Of a stretch of DNA of 64,000 nt, positions 45,925-59,400 are shown piece after piece. A program made the translations under genes and the position numbers. Each line of letters starts with the position of its first letter. The first letter of the stretch is position 1. This DNA is from Leidyana gryllorum EB-2025a (lineage: Eukaryota; Protista; Apicomplexa). A model generated the notes under the pieces. The model searched no databases. It saw only the letters and a list, made by a program, of their open reading frames with translations, and had not been told where the DNA came from. The stretch covers positions 186,001 to 250,000 of the forward strand of contig JBLWGC010000043.1 in NCBI GenBank assembly GCA_048772705.1, in the 5' to 3' direction.

Positions 45925-46426
45925 ATGGCGTCAGACATCACTCGTTTACGTGCCCTCACGGAGCAGTACCAGAAGTTGCACGACAGTAAGAGACCCCCTT
46001 CCCGTTTGTGATATCTAAGATAGCTCTGGACAGCCATGTCCAGGCAAATGCGAAACTGGCCGCTCAGTACACCGAAAATGAAGTGGTGCTCGAGGTGAGT
46101 GAATGCGAGAAGAGAGGGACTCGCTTTCCATCATGGTGCAGGAGCTGAAGAATCTGGAGGCCGATGCTGTGGTTTTCAAGACTCTTGGACCTGTCCTCAA
46201 TCGGGAAGACCGGGAAACAGCAGTCGAAAACGTGGAGAAGAGGCTGGCCTATATCAAAGACGAGCAGTGAGTACCTTCTTTGCCTGATTCTCTCTCACAG
46301 CGCTATTGTAGAGATCGGTTGAATAAGACCTCTCAACAAACGCAAGCTAGCATTGCGCAACTGGCTCGCGACATCCAAATGTTGCAGGCCAAGTTACAGG
46401 CAGTCCAAGGAGCCAAATCTTCATGA
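45925..46426 (+). CDS. PFDN6: Prefoldin subunit 6 (4 exons; not in the ORF track)
   Basis: Spliced translation: MASDITRLRALTEQYQKLHDTLDSHVQANAKLAAQYTENEVVLEELKNLEADAVVFKTLGPVLNREDRETAVENVEKRLAYIKDE...QGAKSS*. Three short GT-AG introns. Confidence 0.85.
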
Positions 46427-46895
46427 TTACCATTATATGTGTTGGATGTGCATGCCGGTCAGCTCAACTCTTCTACCATCGAATCTGTGTATAAGACTTC
46501 GTGCATTGGCGTTGCTTACGTCTGAAGCTTTGGAGAAAATGTTTGATGTCTGCGATCGCAAGTGAATCGTTGACTCTAACAACTTTTATATGGGTGATAT
46601 CCGCAAAAGGTAGCTGGTGATCCCTTTGAGCTGCTATGTCATCAACTCCATTGCCATTAACACAATCACAGGCATCAAACACAACTTGGCTCTGGTGTAC
46701 CAGTGATCACAATCACTGTTGTGTGGACATTTCTATCGCTTCATCGCGCACACAAGCTGGCACCACCTTTCTCTAGCTCGGTCACGTTGGAATCGAGCAG
46801 TTGCATGACTGGCGTGCGAGGTGGGCTCTCGCAAAGTGGTTTCACCTATGTGTCGGTCTTCGAGCATGCGTAAGAGGTGTAGCACATTTTGCTCA

Positions 46896-48055
46896 ATGAT
46901 CTGGGCAGCGTTCTCGGCCACGTTGGGCCTTGTGGCGACATTCGAGGCCCCAACATGCGAAACTTCGCGGCCGATGTACATTGACTTTGCCTTTTCTCGC
47001 CAATTGAATGACTGTTTTGTACCAGAGTCATCGAAGGGATTGGTTGAGTTGGCCAAGGAGATAGAGGCGACGTACCCGCGGAGCAAATTCTCTGTCAGCC
47101 TGTTCGGAGACCATATAGATCGGTTGCTTCATGGATGTTTCACAATGAGCACAAACATGCTCGATTCGGAAGGTCTTGCGGAACAGTTACGAACCCTCCA
47201 ACCAAGTCGACTGTGCAGTACAGGTGAAATACGGAGGGAACAGACCTATCTGGATCACTTCGGAAGCATCGAGAATTTCCAGAATGAATGTAAGGACAAT
47301 AACAGCTCTGGTGACCGACCACTGGTCAATATTGGCCTTCTGCAGACACCTCACTGGCGTTTTGGAATGTAACAGCAATGGGTGATAGCTCAATGACAGC
47401 TATGTCATATCTGGCCAATCACCTGGAGAGATACAGTCCGGACGACGCCATCCGGCTCGCTGTGGTAGCGACTCCAAAGCTGCCACATTATTGGAATGAT
47501 CCCACGAACATACTGTCCTCCTCCAACTTCAACTTGGATTGGACCCCCTCGGCTTTTGGCTCAGATGGAGAGTGTGGTGGATACAACTACCCCCGGTATC
47601 AGATGGCGGCCGCTCGACTTCAAAGTCGAAATGTGATCCCGATCATTCTGCATACCTATGACGATATCAGTATGGGATATAGCAATACCAATTACGGCTG
47701 GCGGCTGATGATGTCCACTATGGGGTGGTCCAAATATGGGAACGTGAGAGCAGTTAATCCGTACGGAGATCGGGTCTCAAAACACCTGAAGGACGCGATA
47801 CTGGAGTTGTGTGCATATTCTGGTGGCAACTCTCCTGCTCCAAGCGAAGACGGTGTCGAGGAGGCCGAAGGATGGAAGGTGACTCCAATGCTGATAGTTA
47901 TGGGCGCAGGAGGCGCTGCAGTGGTGATTGGAGTCGGGGTGATGGCGGTGCTGAAGTCTCTCCAACGAATGAAAGAGGAAGAAGCCTTCGAGTTCGAAAA
48001 CGTGGATGAGAATGTTCCGAGAATCTATGACCGAAATGCTGTGGAGTCATTCTAA
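46896..48055 (+). CDS. Type I membrane protein with a VWA/integrin-beta-like ectodomain and acidic cytoplasmic tail
   Basis: Signal peptide MIWAAFSATLGLVATFEA, then C..PMYIDFAF..KFSVSLFGD..IRLAVVAT..C..YNYP..RLQSRNVIPI. TM LIVMGAGGAAVVIGVGVMAVL, tail EEEAFEFENVDE. One intron at ~47310-47375. Confidence 0.6.
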
Positions 48056-51000
48056 GTATCTCATGGTCAAATCGATCATGCGGTGGAGTATGACGGACTC
48101 ATCCTTGTCGTAGAGCATGATCTTCAGCTTGCCCCGCATGTCGGAACACTCACTACCACGGGAGGAGAAGCGAAAAGGTATTTCGAGTGAGTCTTCTTGC
48201 CCCGCCCACTGTACTACTGACGCGCCTGATCCTCTGTTTTCGACTGCGGTTTGAACTATGGGATGACCCTGGACGACCCGTTCCAGAACGACCATTTGTT
48301 CAGGGTCCAGATGCTTTATGTCCAACGACACGGAGTCCGACCCGTGTTTGAGCCCGATCTGAAAAAATAGTCAGCTCTGATTGACCAACGCTATCACTCA
48401 CGTTCAACTTTCGTGGATCCTCCTCTACGGGATACAGTGTTTTATACGCGAAGTAAACATGACCCTGTCGGGTCACTTGAGTTTGAAATGTGAAGTCGGC
48501 TTGCGGATGTCCATATTGGCTCATATGATTCCATTGCACGATGAGACGGTCGTCTGAGTCATACACATATACTTGCGACTCCAGATTTTGGGGCGCAGAT
48601 AGAAGATCAGCCCAGTATGGACCAATCGCCTGCCGAGCATTCAAACTCCAGCTGCTGAGTGTGTCTCACCTCTGACGGTTCACCTCGGACAGGGGCGTCA
48701 ATCGCGGGAGTCCAGTCATTATTCGTTCGCCAATTGGAGAAGCTTAAAACCCCATTGATAGACACGTATATATGATCTATGGGCATATCATCTTGTTCAA
48801 ACCAATTTAGAAGTTTGAAGAATTTGAGAGCAAAGGGTTTGTGCGCATCATCAAGACCATGCAAGACCGTCATCTCGGTCACGTTGGCCTGTCCGCTACC
48901 GTATAGTTCCGCCAAGTCGACAAATCCAGCTTGCTTTGTTTGGTGAACCGTATACTGTTTGAACGGAGGGATGTTGTCTGGACAACTGGACGAATCCAAT
49001 TCATAGTTGTAGAAAACCGAGAATTGGGTTGGCGAGTCTTTAGTCAATCGGACTGTAGCCCACTCGGAAGTGTGTTCCGCTGAGAAAGCGATATCTAAGT
49101 ATTGAGGGTCTATCTCAAGGGATACGGCTTGACACTTAAACGCCAATCTGCACCAAACAACGTGGTAAGCAACTGGCTCCATATTACTTACTCGTAATCA
49201 TTCAAGTCCCCGTCCAATCCTTCCGGGGCCGTAATAGTCAGCCTTCCGGTAGTGATCTCTGCTTCCGTGTCCACTTCATTTTCTAGCAGGGCACACGTGA
49301 GCGTAACGTTGACCGTGTCTCCGTCCCCGTCCAACTCAATCATTTCCCCAGCCAGATCAGCGCTCAGCAGCCCAGTGCCCTGGTTGTCTATGTCTATCTC
49401 GCTGATGGCGATAGAAATGCCATTGTCTCCCTCGCATCTCTGCGCCAACGGAATACTGTATCGTCGAGGCAGTCCGGGGTAGGCTCTCAGGACGACCGTT
49501 TCGTGCAAAGGCAGCAAATCAAAGTTGAGGTGTGGCACATCGATTGCTTCCACTTCCACCGGGATGCTCTGTGTGTCAATGACCTCATGTTTGCGCATCC
49601 GCCGTATAATTAGAGTGCCCTTGTGCTGACCAGCTACCTCGGAGGTGAAGACTATGGGAATCCGAGCTGCTGAGTGCGGAGCTATGATGGTTTTGGCAAT
49701 ACGCCAAGGCCTCCATCCACCAGTGGGGAAGAAGAACGGCGGTCCTGCGGTCTCCGTCAGCAGCCTTGCTGCGTTCGGTGTTCCGCCCCATGCGAATTTC
49801 GGCTTCAAGAAGTCTTTCCGGTCCAACGTGTTGCGCAACAACCACCGGACGTCATGTATCGTAAGGCTTGGATTAATGGCCATCATCAGAGCAATGAGAC
49901 CTGTCACGATTGGGGCGGCCATGGAGGTACCCGAGAAGTAAGCGTAAGTCCCATTAGGAGTGGTAGAAAGGATGCTGGTACCCGGTGCTGCGAGATCCAC
50001 AGAGCGGCGACCATAATTTGAGTAGTCAGCTATGCCATGCTGGTACACGAGCAATATTCGCGAGCTTCCATTCTGTGCGTCCTTACCTCATCCACTGCTC
50101 CCACCGTTACCGAGTTAGGTAACCTATATGACGCAGGATATACGGGAGTTTCGTCTAGATCTTTGCCTGCGTTTCCGGCACTGATTACGAACATCACATT
50201 CTGCTTCGCTGCTCGCTCGATGGCAGCTTTCAAAATCGCGCTTTCCGGCCCACCGCCCCAACTGTTGCTGATTATGTCGGCACCCATCTTCATCGCATAG
50301 TCGATACATTTGATCGCGTCACCATATGTGCCCTACAAATCGCTTTGTGCTTCACTGTGCCGCACTTTTCTCACCGAATCCTTGACTATAAACTTGCAAG
50401 CCATGATCTTGGGTGCCCAATGCAAGCCCGTGACACCTAAGGTGTTGTTGCCTACAGCTCCAATGGATCCAGCGCAATGCGTTCCGTGTCCATCGTCGTC
50501 CATGGGATCGCCGGTGTTTTCATGGCTGTTTATCCCGTAGATGTCATCAACATATCCATTCCCTGATCATCACGTCTCAGGTCCGGACGGCACACAATTG
50601 CGCGTGTTCGTGTGGACACCCTACCATCGTCATCGACTCCTTCTTCACCGTTCAGTTCCTTCTCGTTCACCCACATGTTGGGCTTGAGATCAGGGTGATT
50701 GTAGTCTACGCCCGTGTCAATGACCATTATGGTAGGGTGATGAGAGGCATTCTTGCCAGAAAAGATCCTCCAAGCTGTTGGTGCGTCAATATAAGGCAAA
50801 CTCCACTGATGAGGGAAGAAAGGGTCGTTTGGCAGGACGGCTGAAGACTTCCAAGTTGTTTTTGCAGGCCTGATCTGAATTCTGAGAGACGATGGAGTAT
50901 ATATAACTCACGTGCCATGCAAAGAAACAAGTCCATCGACTTCCAGAAAATCGACATGTGGGTTGGCGGTCAGCAGCTCTAGCACAAAGACAATGTCTTC

Positions 51001-51492
51001 TAGTGAGCAAGTTTGGTGCTCAAATGCTATGCTGAACATGTGCAAATGTTCAGAGGCAAAGAGTTGCGACTTGCACTTGGTAGTCAGATGCTTCATTGAG
51101 CATAGAGGACCGCAACTCTTCTTCGGTTCCTCCTGTCCTCTGAGAGCAGCCATTTCGTTGTCAGCCAGTCGCGCCAGGACACCTACTGCACGTCCGGCTT
51201 TGATCTGGCGGGCAATTTCCTCTATGGACTGTCGGTGGTGTTCACCTTCGAGAGCAGCATTGCCTTCACAGGTGTCACAACTCAGAAGCGAGCGACCCGG
51301 GTCCGTCGTGAATGGTATATCAGCGAAAGAATTATTGCCCGTTAGGGTGATAACCAGATCGCTGGAGGCATCGCTGTTACCAATCGCCAGATGATCCATC
51401 ACACTCGAGAACGTCGCGATCTTCTTTCGAAACATGTGCGGCTCTACATGGAAGCCAACCACCGAGTACAAACACAACGACAGCCATAGCAT
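48047..51492 (-). CDS. Secreted subtilisin-like serine protease (S8) with prodomain and long C-terminal extension
   Basis: Signal peptide, VIDTGVDYNHPDL (Asp), HGTHCAG (His), ISAGN (oxyanion) and SGTSMAAP (Ser). Many short introns. Confidence 0.93.
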
Positions 51493-51583
51493 CTGAGCGA
51501 GATCTCGATTGTATGGTGCAAGCTCCTACTTGGGGGTCAGCCTTCGGTCACGCTTACTCTGTCTGGAAAACCCCGATCCTGTG

Positions 51584-53364
51584 CTAAGCTGGTCTCAATT
51601 CGCGAGCCGCTCTGGCTGCCGGCGCCACCGCGGAGACGCTCTCGAGGCTCGCAGATTGTTGGGCGCTCGATGCACCGCGGGCGGCTTGTTCGCCAAATAC
51701 AGTGTCTTGCAGTCTATGGTAACGTTCCACAACCTTTCGCTTACTGTTGTATGGTCTGCGTTTGTGCGGACTTTCTGCTCCCTTCTGGTTGGGGAGTTTA
51801 ATCCATTGCGTTGGTCGATGTCCTATGGTTACGAAGTAGGCTTCCATAGGTATCTCTGGTGGGTGCCGTTTGCGAGGACGGCGATATTGCCCTTCAGGGC
51901 TGAATGGCAGTAGCCACTGAAACTCCTCCATGACAGCAGAGTTGGGAAAGTCCATAAACGTCAATATAGTCGATATGGAGGCTTGAGGCTAAAACGGAGA
52001 TTGTGTTGAGACACAGATGAGATGGTGTCACCACTCACGACATCAGCTAGGACCAGGTGGCTTGCTTCAGGAAAGACAATTAAATGACCATTGTTGAAAC
52101 ACTCCAGCACAGCCTGCAGTGAGGGGGAGGCTTCACCAGTCTTCTCATTCCAAACCTTACGGTAGCAATGTTAACTGGGCACACCGCATCCTGTCCACCC
52201 CACAGAATTAATGTCGGCGTTTGACTTTTGCCAACAGCACAGAACATTTCCTTTGCTGACCACATTGGGAGGCGTGAGACGCATCCAATGAGGGCCGGAA
52301 TTACACCTTTCTTTACAAAGAGCTGCCACATCAAGCGATCCCACAGAATCTGAGCGGCCCCGCTCTCCCGCTCCTCTTTGGAGAAATTCTGTTGAGGAAC
52401 CATTGACTCCAGCAGATTGCTTCACTCACCTTGAGAAAGCGTTTTCGATTGAAGCAGCAATGACATACGCAAAATGGTACACAAGGCACATAGCATTGGC
52501 AACCCTTCACCAATCTTAAAGGAGCGGTGAGCAGAGATGCTTGAAGATATACTCACTGAACAGCGAAGGGTCGCTTTTCTAACATTCCAGCGGGCGAAAC
52601 TAGACTAATTTTGATTATCCGTTCAGGGTGACGTTGCGCCCAGCCAGCAGCAATTAGACAGCCTGAGGATGAGAAGAGAGTCGCAGCTTGTCTTCAACAT
52701 ACACATCATCATCATAAGCGACATCAACAAGAGATGTGTCATAAAGAGAGCACCATTATAACGTGTGCATAGCGAGCGACTGACCCATTGAGAAGCCGAT
52801 CACGCTGGCCGCTTCAGAACCAAGCCCCAAGTGATCGAGAAGCTCATCAGTCTGATCCACGAAGAAATCTACATTGTAATTATCGGAACAAACGCCGAAT
52901 GGCGGACAAGCGGACAAGCCGTGTCCGTATAAATCTGTAGACCGATATGGTCACACTTCACAGCATATAGATTCCAACCCACTGACTCGCAGAAGAGTAA
53001 TTAAAAACCATCGTCAAGACAGCTGTACTTACCCAAAGGTTAGTACACGATAGCCGAAACGTCTGAGAACTTCTGCACTGTCCTGGAAAGTCATACGTGT
53101 CCCATTCAGGCCATGGAACGTCAAGACCTGAGCAGCACTCATCATGGCCGCCACCCTATTCTCTCTCGAACTCACTAAGGGTCCGGCATCGCCGAGCAGG
53201 AGGTAATTTACAGAACCACGGCTGGCATTGAACGAGTCCGCAGGTTGATAAGGGCAGGGGGGCGTCTTGGAGTCTAGCTGCCTCCCGAACGATTCCGCGG
53301 GCTGATATGCACCAGGCGGTGTCTTGGTGTCGATGGGGCTCTCGATGTTCAAGTCACCAGCCAT
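51584..53364 (-). CDS. Alpha/beta-fold hydrolase (multi-exon)
   Basis: VLTFHGLNG, YRVLTFDLYGHGLS, VIGFSMG (nucleophile, ~52785-52805), LVSPAG, PTLILWGGQDAVCP, EASHLV. Confidence 0.85.
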
Positions 53365-53419
53365 GATGATTTTTTGGGGAGATTGTGATCGGCAGACATC
53401 CCCCTTAGTGTATTTTTTG

Positions 53420-56400
53420 ATGAATATGAGGCAGAGAGAGCAGCGGGTGGCGTTGTTGGTGTCGTGCCTGGGCGCGATTGATGCACAACTCCAACGACGT
53501 CCCCGAGCAACGGGATTATTGCCCTTGTTACGAGCTTTACGTAACTTGCTCCAGGCCGTGAGTGATTCGGAAGAAGTGTGAGCGAAGGTAATGTAGAGTT
53601 CGGCTGACGAGGTGCTGCTCTTCTCCGCCCATCATGAAGTGCGAGTTCCTGTGTATGTATACCTCCATGACTGTCGGCGGCGAGGATTGCTATCGTGGAT
53701 CATGTACTGCGTTCGGGCACCACTCTTTGAACAAATGACGGAGGAGGCTGAAATGTCATTGAGTTGTCTAGCGCGACTTTGGTCCCGAGACTTCTTGCGA
53801 AACACAAAGTCGCTCGCGCTGGAGATCTATCGACATTATAATATGGCACGGCTGCTAGTATTCAGGATAGAATGTGTGTTGGTCAATGCGCAAGTCCTTT
53901 CCCAACGAGACGCGGCCGCTTTCTACGCCTATCTTTCCATAAACCGTTCAATGATGCGCGCCTTCTTGCAGCAATCTTACCAAACTACATTTGAGGCACT
54001 CGTTGGCCAAAATGATCCAACGAAGCATGACGACACACGTGGAAGGCTTTTGCGGTCTCCGCATTCTATGGCCCCAGAACGGTCAAGCGACTTGCATGAA
54101 ACCTGTGCAAGACCGCAAAGCGCGCCCTCTCGGTGCAACCAAAAGCAATGGCCCGTCGAAAATGTTGGTTTCGGTTTGATCGTATTGTCGCTCTATCGAA
54201 TAGCGGACTTTGCTGCTCGAGTATCAAGATCCCCTCAACCTGTCACTCCGTTGAGAAGATTCGACTCGCGGGGTGGTCCACGGAAGTGTTGTGCAATTGA
54301 AGATCCACAGTACGCTCACCCCTACTGGATTCTTTGGGCTATTGTGGCGTATCTCTTAACCAATTTCTTGGACCACCTGTCTGACTTGTGTGTCAGTCAA
54401 GCCTTCGGATCTCAACTCAATTTGCATCCTCATATGGACAAAGTTTCGGTATGTCTCCGGTGTTACGGAACGCACACAAACGAGACCATCAGAACTTCGT
54501 GCGCGAGCATGTCTATGTGCAGGGCATCTTGAAGAAATTAGCGTCGCTGTACCATCACGCCCAAGGACTTCGATCAGCATGTATTGCAGAGAGGTATTTG
54601 CGGCTGAAGGTAAATAATTATTACCAAAAAGATCGTCTTCATTTCGCGATATAGTTGGAACCGCGGATTGCAAATACACTGCGCCGATGTGTCGATCTTG
54701 GATTCCACGTTGATCAGCAGATAATTCATCCTATCACCCCCTGTCCGCCGTGGGAGTCACAAATATTATCGCTGTGTGCTTTCATGTTCGAAGATAGTTT
54801 GCAAACGACGCATTCAAGGCGTCCCGAATGTCGTGATCCACTGACAGAGTGGCGACATTGCAGTTTTCTGTGGCTAGAACTAGTCAAGTCTCCCACTTGG
54901 CTGGCCAATGAGTTACAAAATCCGGAGAATGGGTCTCTCACCAAAGTTGCATCAGCGATTGCATGTACTCATTCTCATTTGATGCTTCTGAAGCTGATCC
55001 GGTTACTCTTGTCGGGCATCTCTACCGCATTTGGGATGATCGGTTTCTGTCCCGACACTGCCCGAGCTTTCCAGAGTCTTCGACACCGACTACAGGGGAT
55101 AAGATACATCTCCGGTCGGAATCTAGTAGTGGGTGATATTGCTGGGCTTCGGTTCTGTTATGCAGTAGCGAAAGCCGGAATTCACATCAGCTTACGCGGT
55201 GAGGGGAGAGTGATGAAAGTTGTGATTTGGTGGTATAACAGATCGATCTGCGTTTCTTTGCGGTCGCCCGGACGACTTGCAGATTCCAGACTTTACCTGT
55301 CTCAAGTTGATTCAAAAACTCGTAAACTTCGGTAGCTACACAATGAAGACCTGTCTTTCCGGACGGGTGTGGCTGGCGCGCGAGGGTGGTCTACCTCCGC
55401 ACGGAGTCGTAGAGGATATTCTGTCTCGCAGCCGGAACTTCCCTCGCTTGGGCAATTATGTGGCGCACAGCAAAGCAGATTGGCTTCTCACCGATGTTGC
55501 ACATGACTCGCACGCTAGCCGCCCGAGATTGCTCAGAGGTGCGGCCACAGCGACTGGGTTGGAAGAGGTGCCAATGATCAGGCCCTGCCATACTGCAGCC
55601 GGTGCTGATTGTGGATCTGTGGACTCTACGTTTCAGGCGAGTAGTCTGTCCTTGGCTTCCATTGTACAGTACTGTGCTCGCCTGGAACTGGAGCTGTTAC
55701 TGAGCTTCATCATGGAGGGTGCAGCATACTACGCGGCGATATGGCGAGTTGAACGCATTCCGGCAGCATCTGGAAAGTGGACTGCTGTGAGGCGGTATCC
55801 GACCAACACTGTGGGGTTTTACATCTTGCCTCTTTCCGACCCTAATTGGGCACCCATTGCCGTCAATCAGCATATCCGAGCGGAGTCCACTCGAGTTGTG
55901 CAACGACCGGCCCCCTCTTCTCCTCGCAGTCAAGAACTTGGCGGTGGGTTGAGTCACTTGGGGTCAGCGGGTGCTGTGTCGTCCATCCAACGGATGCCGT
56001 CTCCACCAGGAGAGTGGGAGATGAATAACCTTGTTGCGCCGGCGTTGATCCATTATTTGCTCTGGAATGCACTGGTGTGGCATTCCGTTAGTAATATGAC
56101 GATAACGGTCGAGAATGTTGATAATTTGCCACCTTCGTGGACCAAATCTTCCTTCGCCGTAGATCGCCTGCAGACTGAGCTTGTCGACGCCCCAACCTCG
56201 TGTGAGAAATTGTGATACGCATATTATTCCTTCACCATTGTTCAAGCTCGGTGCCGAATGCCATATTATTGTCCCTTGCAGATCGCAACTCTATGGATTG
56301 TAGTAGTTCCGATGTGCGGTACGGCCATGACATGGCAGCGCAAAGTGTGTTCCGAGACATCGAGAGCTGCTCAAGCTCAGCCACCTTATCGTCCTCGCAT

Positions 56401-59400
56401 AGCTCGATGCAACACAAGGAAAGTCGGAAGGGTCCGATAGCCATACGCTCCTGTGTTTCTCCAACACCCAGAAGACGGGGCATACGACCCCCCTCAGACT
56501 TTGCGGAGTGTCTCGACACCCAAAACCCATTCTCCTCCTTTCTCTTCTGGCTGGCGCTTTGTGGCGGCTTCTCACGACGCATGGTGAGTGGCTTAGCGGC
56601 GCAGTCTCCAATATTGAGTGATCGTTCCCAGTTCGCCCTCGCCATTAAGAGGGAAGAGGCTATGTGGTCTGGACGCTTCCATCCGTTGATGAGTCTTCTG
56701 AGTCCTGAGTTGGGGAGACAGTACCTTGACACCCGGCTTCATGGGGGACTAGAGCAGGCGGACTTGAAGATTGAAATATCGGCTGTACTGCACGATCTAA
56801 TCTTAAGAAGTCATGTGGTCGCTCGGTCTCGGAAGTCTGCAGGAGATTATCAGTGGTCGATCAACTCACATAGGCCAGAGTACTGGGACTGGATGGTCAT
56901 CTACAAGATTGTGGCGATCGTCATGCTGACGTCCTTAGCTCACGTCCAGGACAGCGACGTATTATTGCTCTTCATTCAAGGGATTGCTGAGTGAGTTGTT
57001 TCTTTTGTGATGAGTTGTGTGTTCGAGCACATTGGGTGGTGGTCCCTTGATCGACGGGGCTGTGTGTTTATTCAATTTTTGGTCCCTTGCAGCTACTGCT
57101 GGCCTTCGCAGGTGTCGCACCAGTCGCCAAAAGCCCGGAAGGAGGTCTTGTCGTCCACTGATGCGGTCTTTGCCTTCCCTGCAGTGGTCAGTATCCTTCT
57201 AATGCGGATGGCGCAACATCATGTGGGCCAAGAGAAAGGATTTCCCTCAAAACTAGACGACTTCCATACAACTTTCATCCGAAGAATTCGAACGTCCACC
57301 ACCAAACGTCTGGCGAATATGGTAGACGCCCAGGAGCTGAACCATCGGGGTCTCGAGTCTGTGCTGAGTGTTCTTATTCACCTATTGAATGGTGGCGAAT
57401 CTGAACAGTGAGTAGAAGCCTTTTGCGAGGGCCGCGGTCTATATAGTCTCTCCAGAAACGTGTTGGTTCTCAAGCATCTCAAGCGTCTGGTACACGATCG
57501 CAGCGATGAACTGTCGTTGTTCGAAATTCGGTTGCTAACTATCGCCCTGTCGCCTTGCGTAGAGCGAGGGCACTTTGAGTTGCTCGTGCTGGTAGGGAGG
57601 GATTGTCCGGCGACCTAATCATTCTCCACCCACCCCTCTGTGTTTGGCTCAGATGCTTGACGTGCTTCGTGACCCCCTTAAGACATACAGTGTTCTGTGC
57701 ATCGTCCGGGACCAATACCTGGACACTAATGTGGAACGAGGCGGCTGGGGCACACAAGTTGGCAAAGAACTGGAGCAGTTCTTGCGTCTACTACTCAAGT
57801 TGCATAGAAGGTTCACCCTCGCTCTCAGTTCGGAGGAATCCAGGAAAAACGCCATTGCTCGCCCACATCTGCCGCTGGCGTACCGGATGGCGCTATCTGT
57901 CACCGAGTGGCACCTCTATCGGTTGTCGAATGCGTGCCGGATGCTCCCTGTGATCGATATCGTAACACACCCTGTGACGGGGAATATGTTCTCTTTCGGA
58001 GAGCTGTGGAACGGTCAAGTGCTACCCTGGAGTCTAAGGTGGGATTGAGGTTCATGTGGCTTCATAGTGTATACAGACGCGCTCTCATGTCGAAACTCGA
58101 CATATTCCCACAAGGAGAGGTCGTTGAGGGCTTGCGAGCTTGGTTACAGCACTATGCTCTCGGGTCACTTCCGCCGACGGCCCCCCTCAGTCTTCGCGCT
58201 GAATGCTACTCCGTCTTTGTGAAGATGGCCCTCGAGTGGCTCAACAAGGTGCCTATGATTGATCTGGATTACCAAGTGGGCGTCTCCCCTTACAGTATGG
58301 ACAATTTCTCCTTTGGGAAACGAGTAGTCTTGGCCACTGTGAACACACGGGACCGATCTTTCAGCATCTCGAGCAGTCGCCCACAAGTAACTTCAAATCT
58401 GAACCGTCGCAGTCTGCGGGTCCCAATGCAAACCTGGTCGTCGAGTATGGGTAGCTCGAGCTCTGGTTCCTCCAGCCGGGTTCGTCTGAGAGTGCGAGTG
58501 AAGCGTTCACGGGTAGACGGAGTGAATCGGCGGCTTTGGTCCTGCTCCGATGTGCTGGATAGCTCCCCCAGTGGACTGCCCTATCACCTCCACGTCCAAC
58601 TGGGGCCAGATAGAGATGTGGAGCAAATACCAGTATTGATGCGCACCATGGCTGTTCCTGGCGACACTTTAGTTGAATTCCTGCAAGAAATCAATCCTTT
58701 ACCATTGAACGAAAGACATCAACACTGGCCGACTATCAATCTGCCAGAATACGACTTTTTGTGCCCGGGGTTCCCCTCCAAGTTGCGAAGACATCTGACA
58801 CTCTCCTCGTGGTTCCATTGGCTCCGTATCCCAAACTTTATCAACGGGGCCACGACCTCGACTTTGTCCAATTGGAGTACAGATATGAATATATCGTATC
58901 TGGACTCCAACTCTGCCTGGTATATTGGCTGCGTCATCTTCCCAGAACCACTGCGCTATATGGTGACTGAGCAAGCGCAAGACCACACCGTGAGGTGTTG
59001 TTTGGCAGTACATTCAATGACCTATTTCCGGCCTGAAGGCCTGGACCCCGACGGTCCTTCGAGCCGATTGTTCTTCAATCAGTTCGGAGAACTTGGCCAG
59101 AAACCGCTATGGCACGTGGAGTATGTTGGAGTAAGCTGAGCGGGGAAGGACACACACCACACTTATAATTTTACGTCAGAGCATCGTGAAGAACTTTGGC
59201 AATGCGGAAAGTCTTCCAGGCAACTATCGCGTCGTCAACCGCGAAGGATCACGTAAGTTCGGGCCATAGATCGATTGGACGGAGAGAACAATTGACTATT
59301 GATCATAGAATTCAACTGGATCTGTGTTGAGGCGGAAGACATGCCGGGAGACTTCCATTTAGTTGGATGCACTTACATGTACCGAATAATGTTGCTCCAG

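Noticed and set aside
46430-46890. Possible small gene between PFDN6 and the VWA gene
   Set aside because: Only short ORFs without motifs or a convincing splice model.
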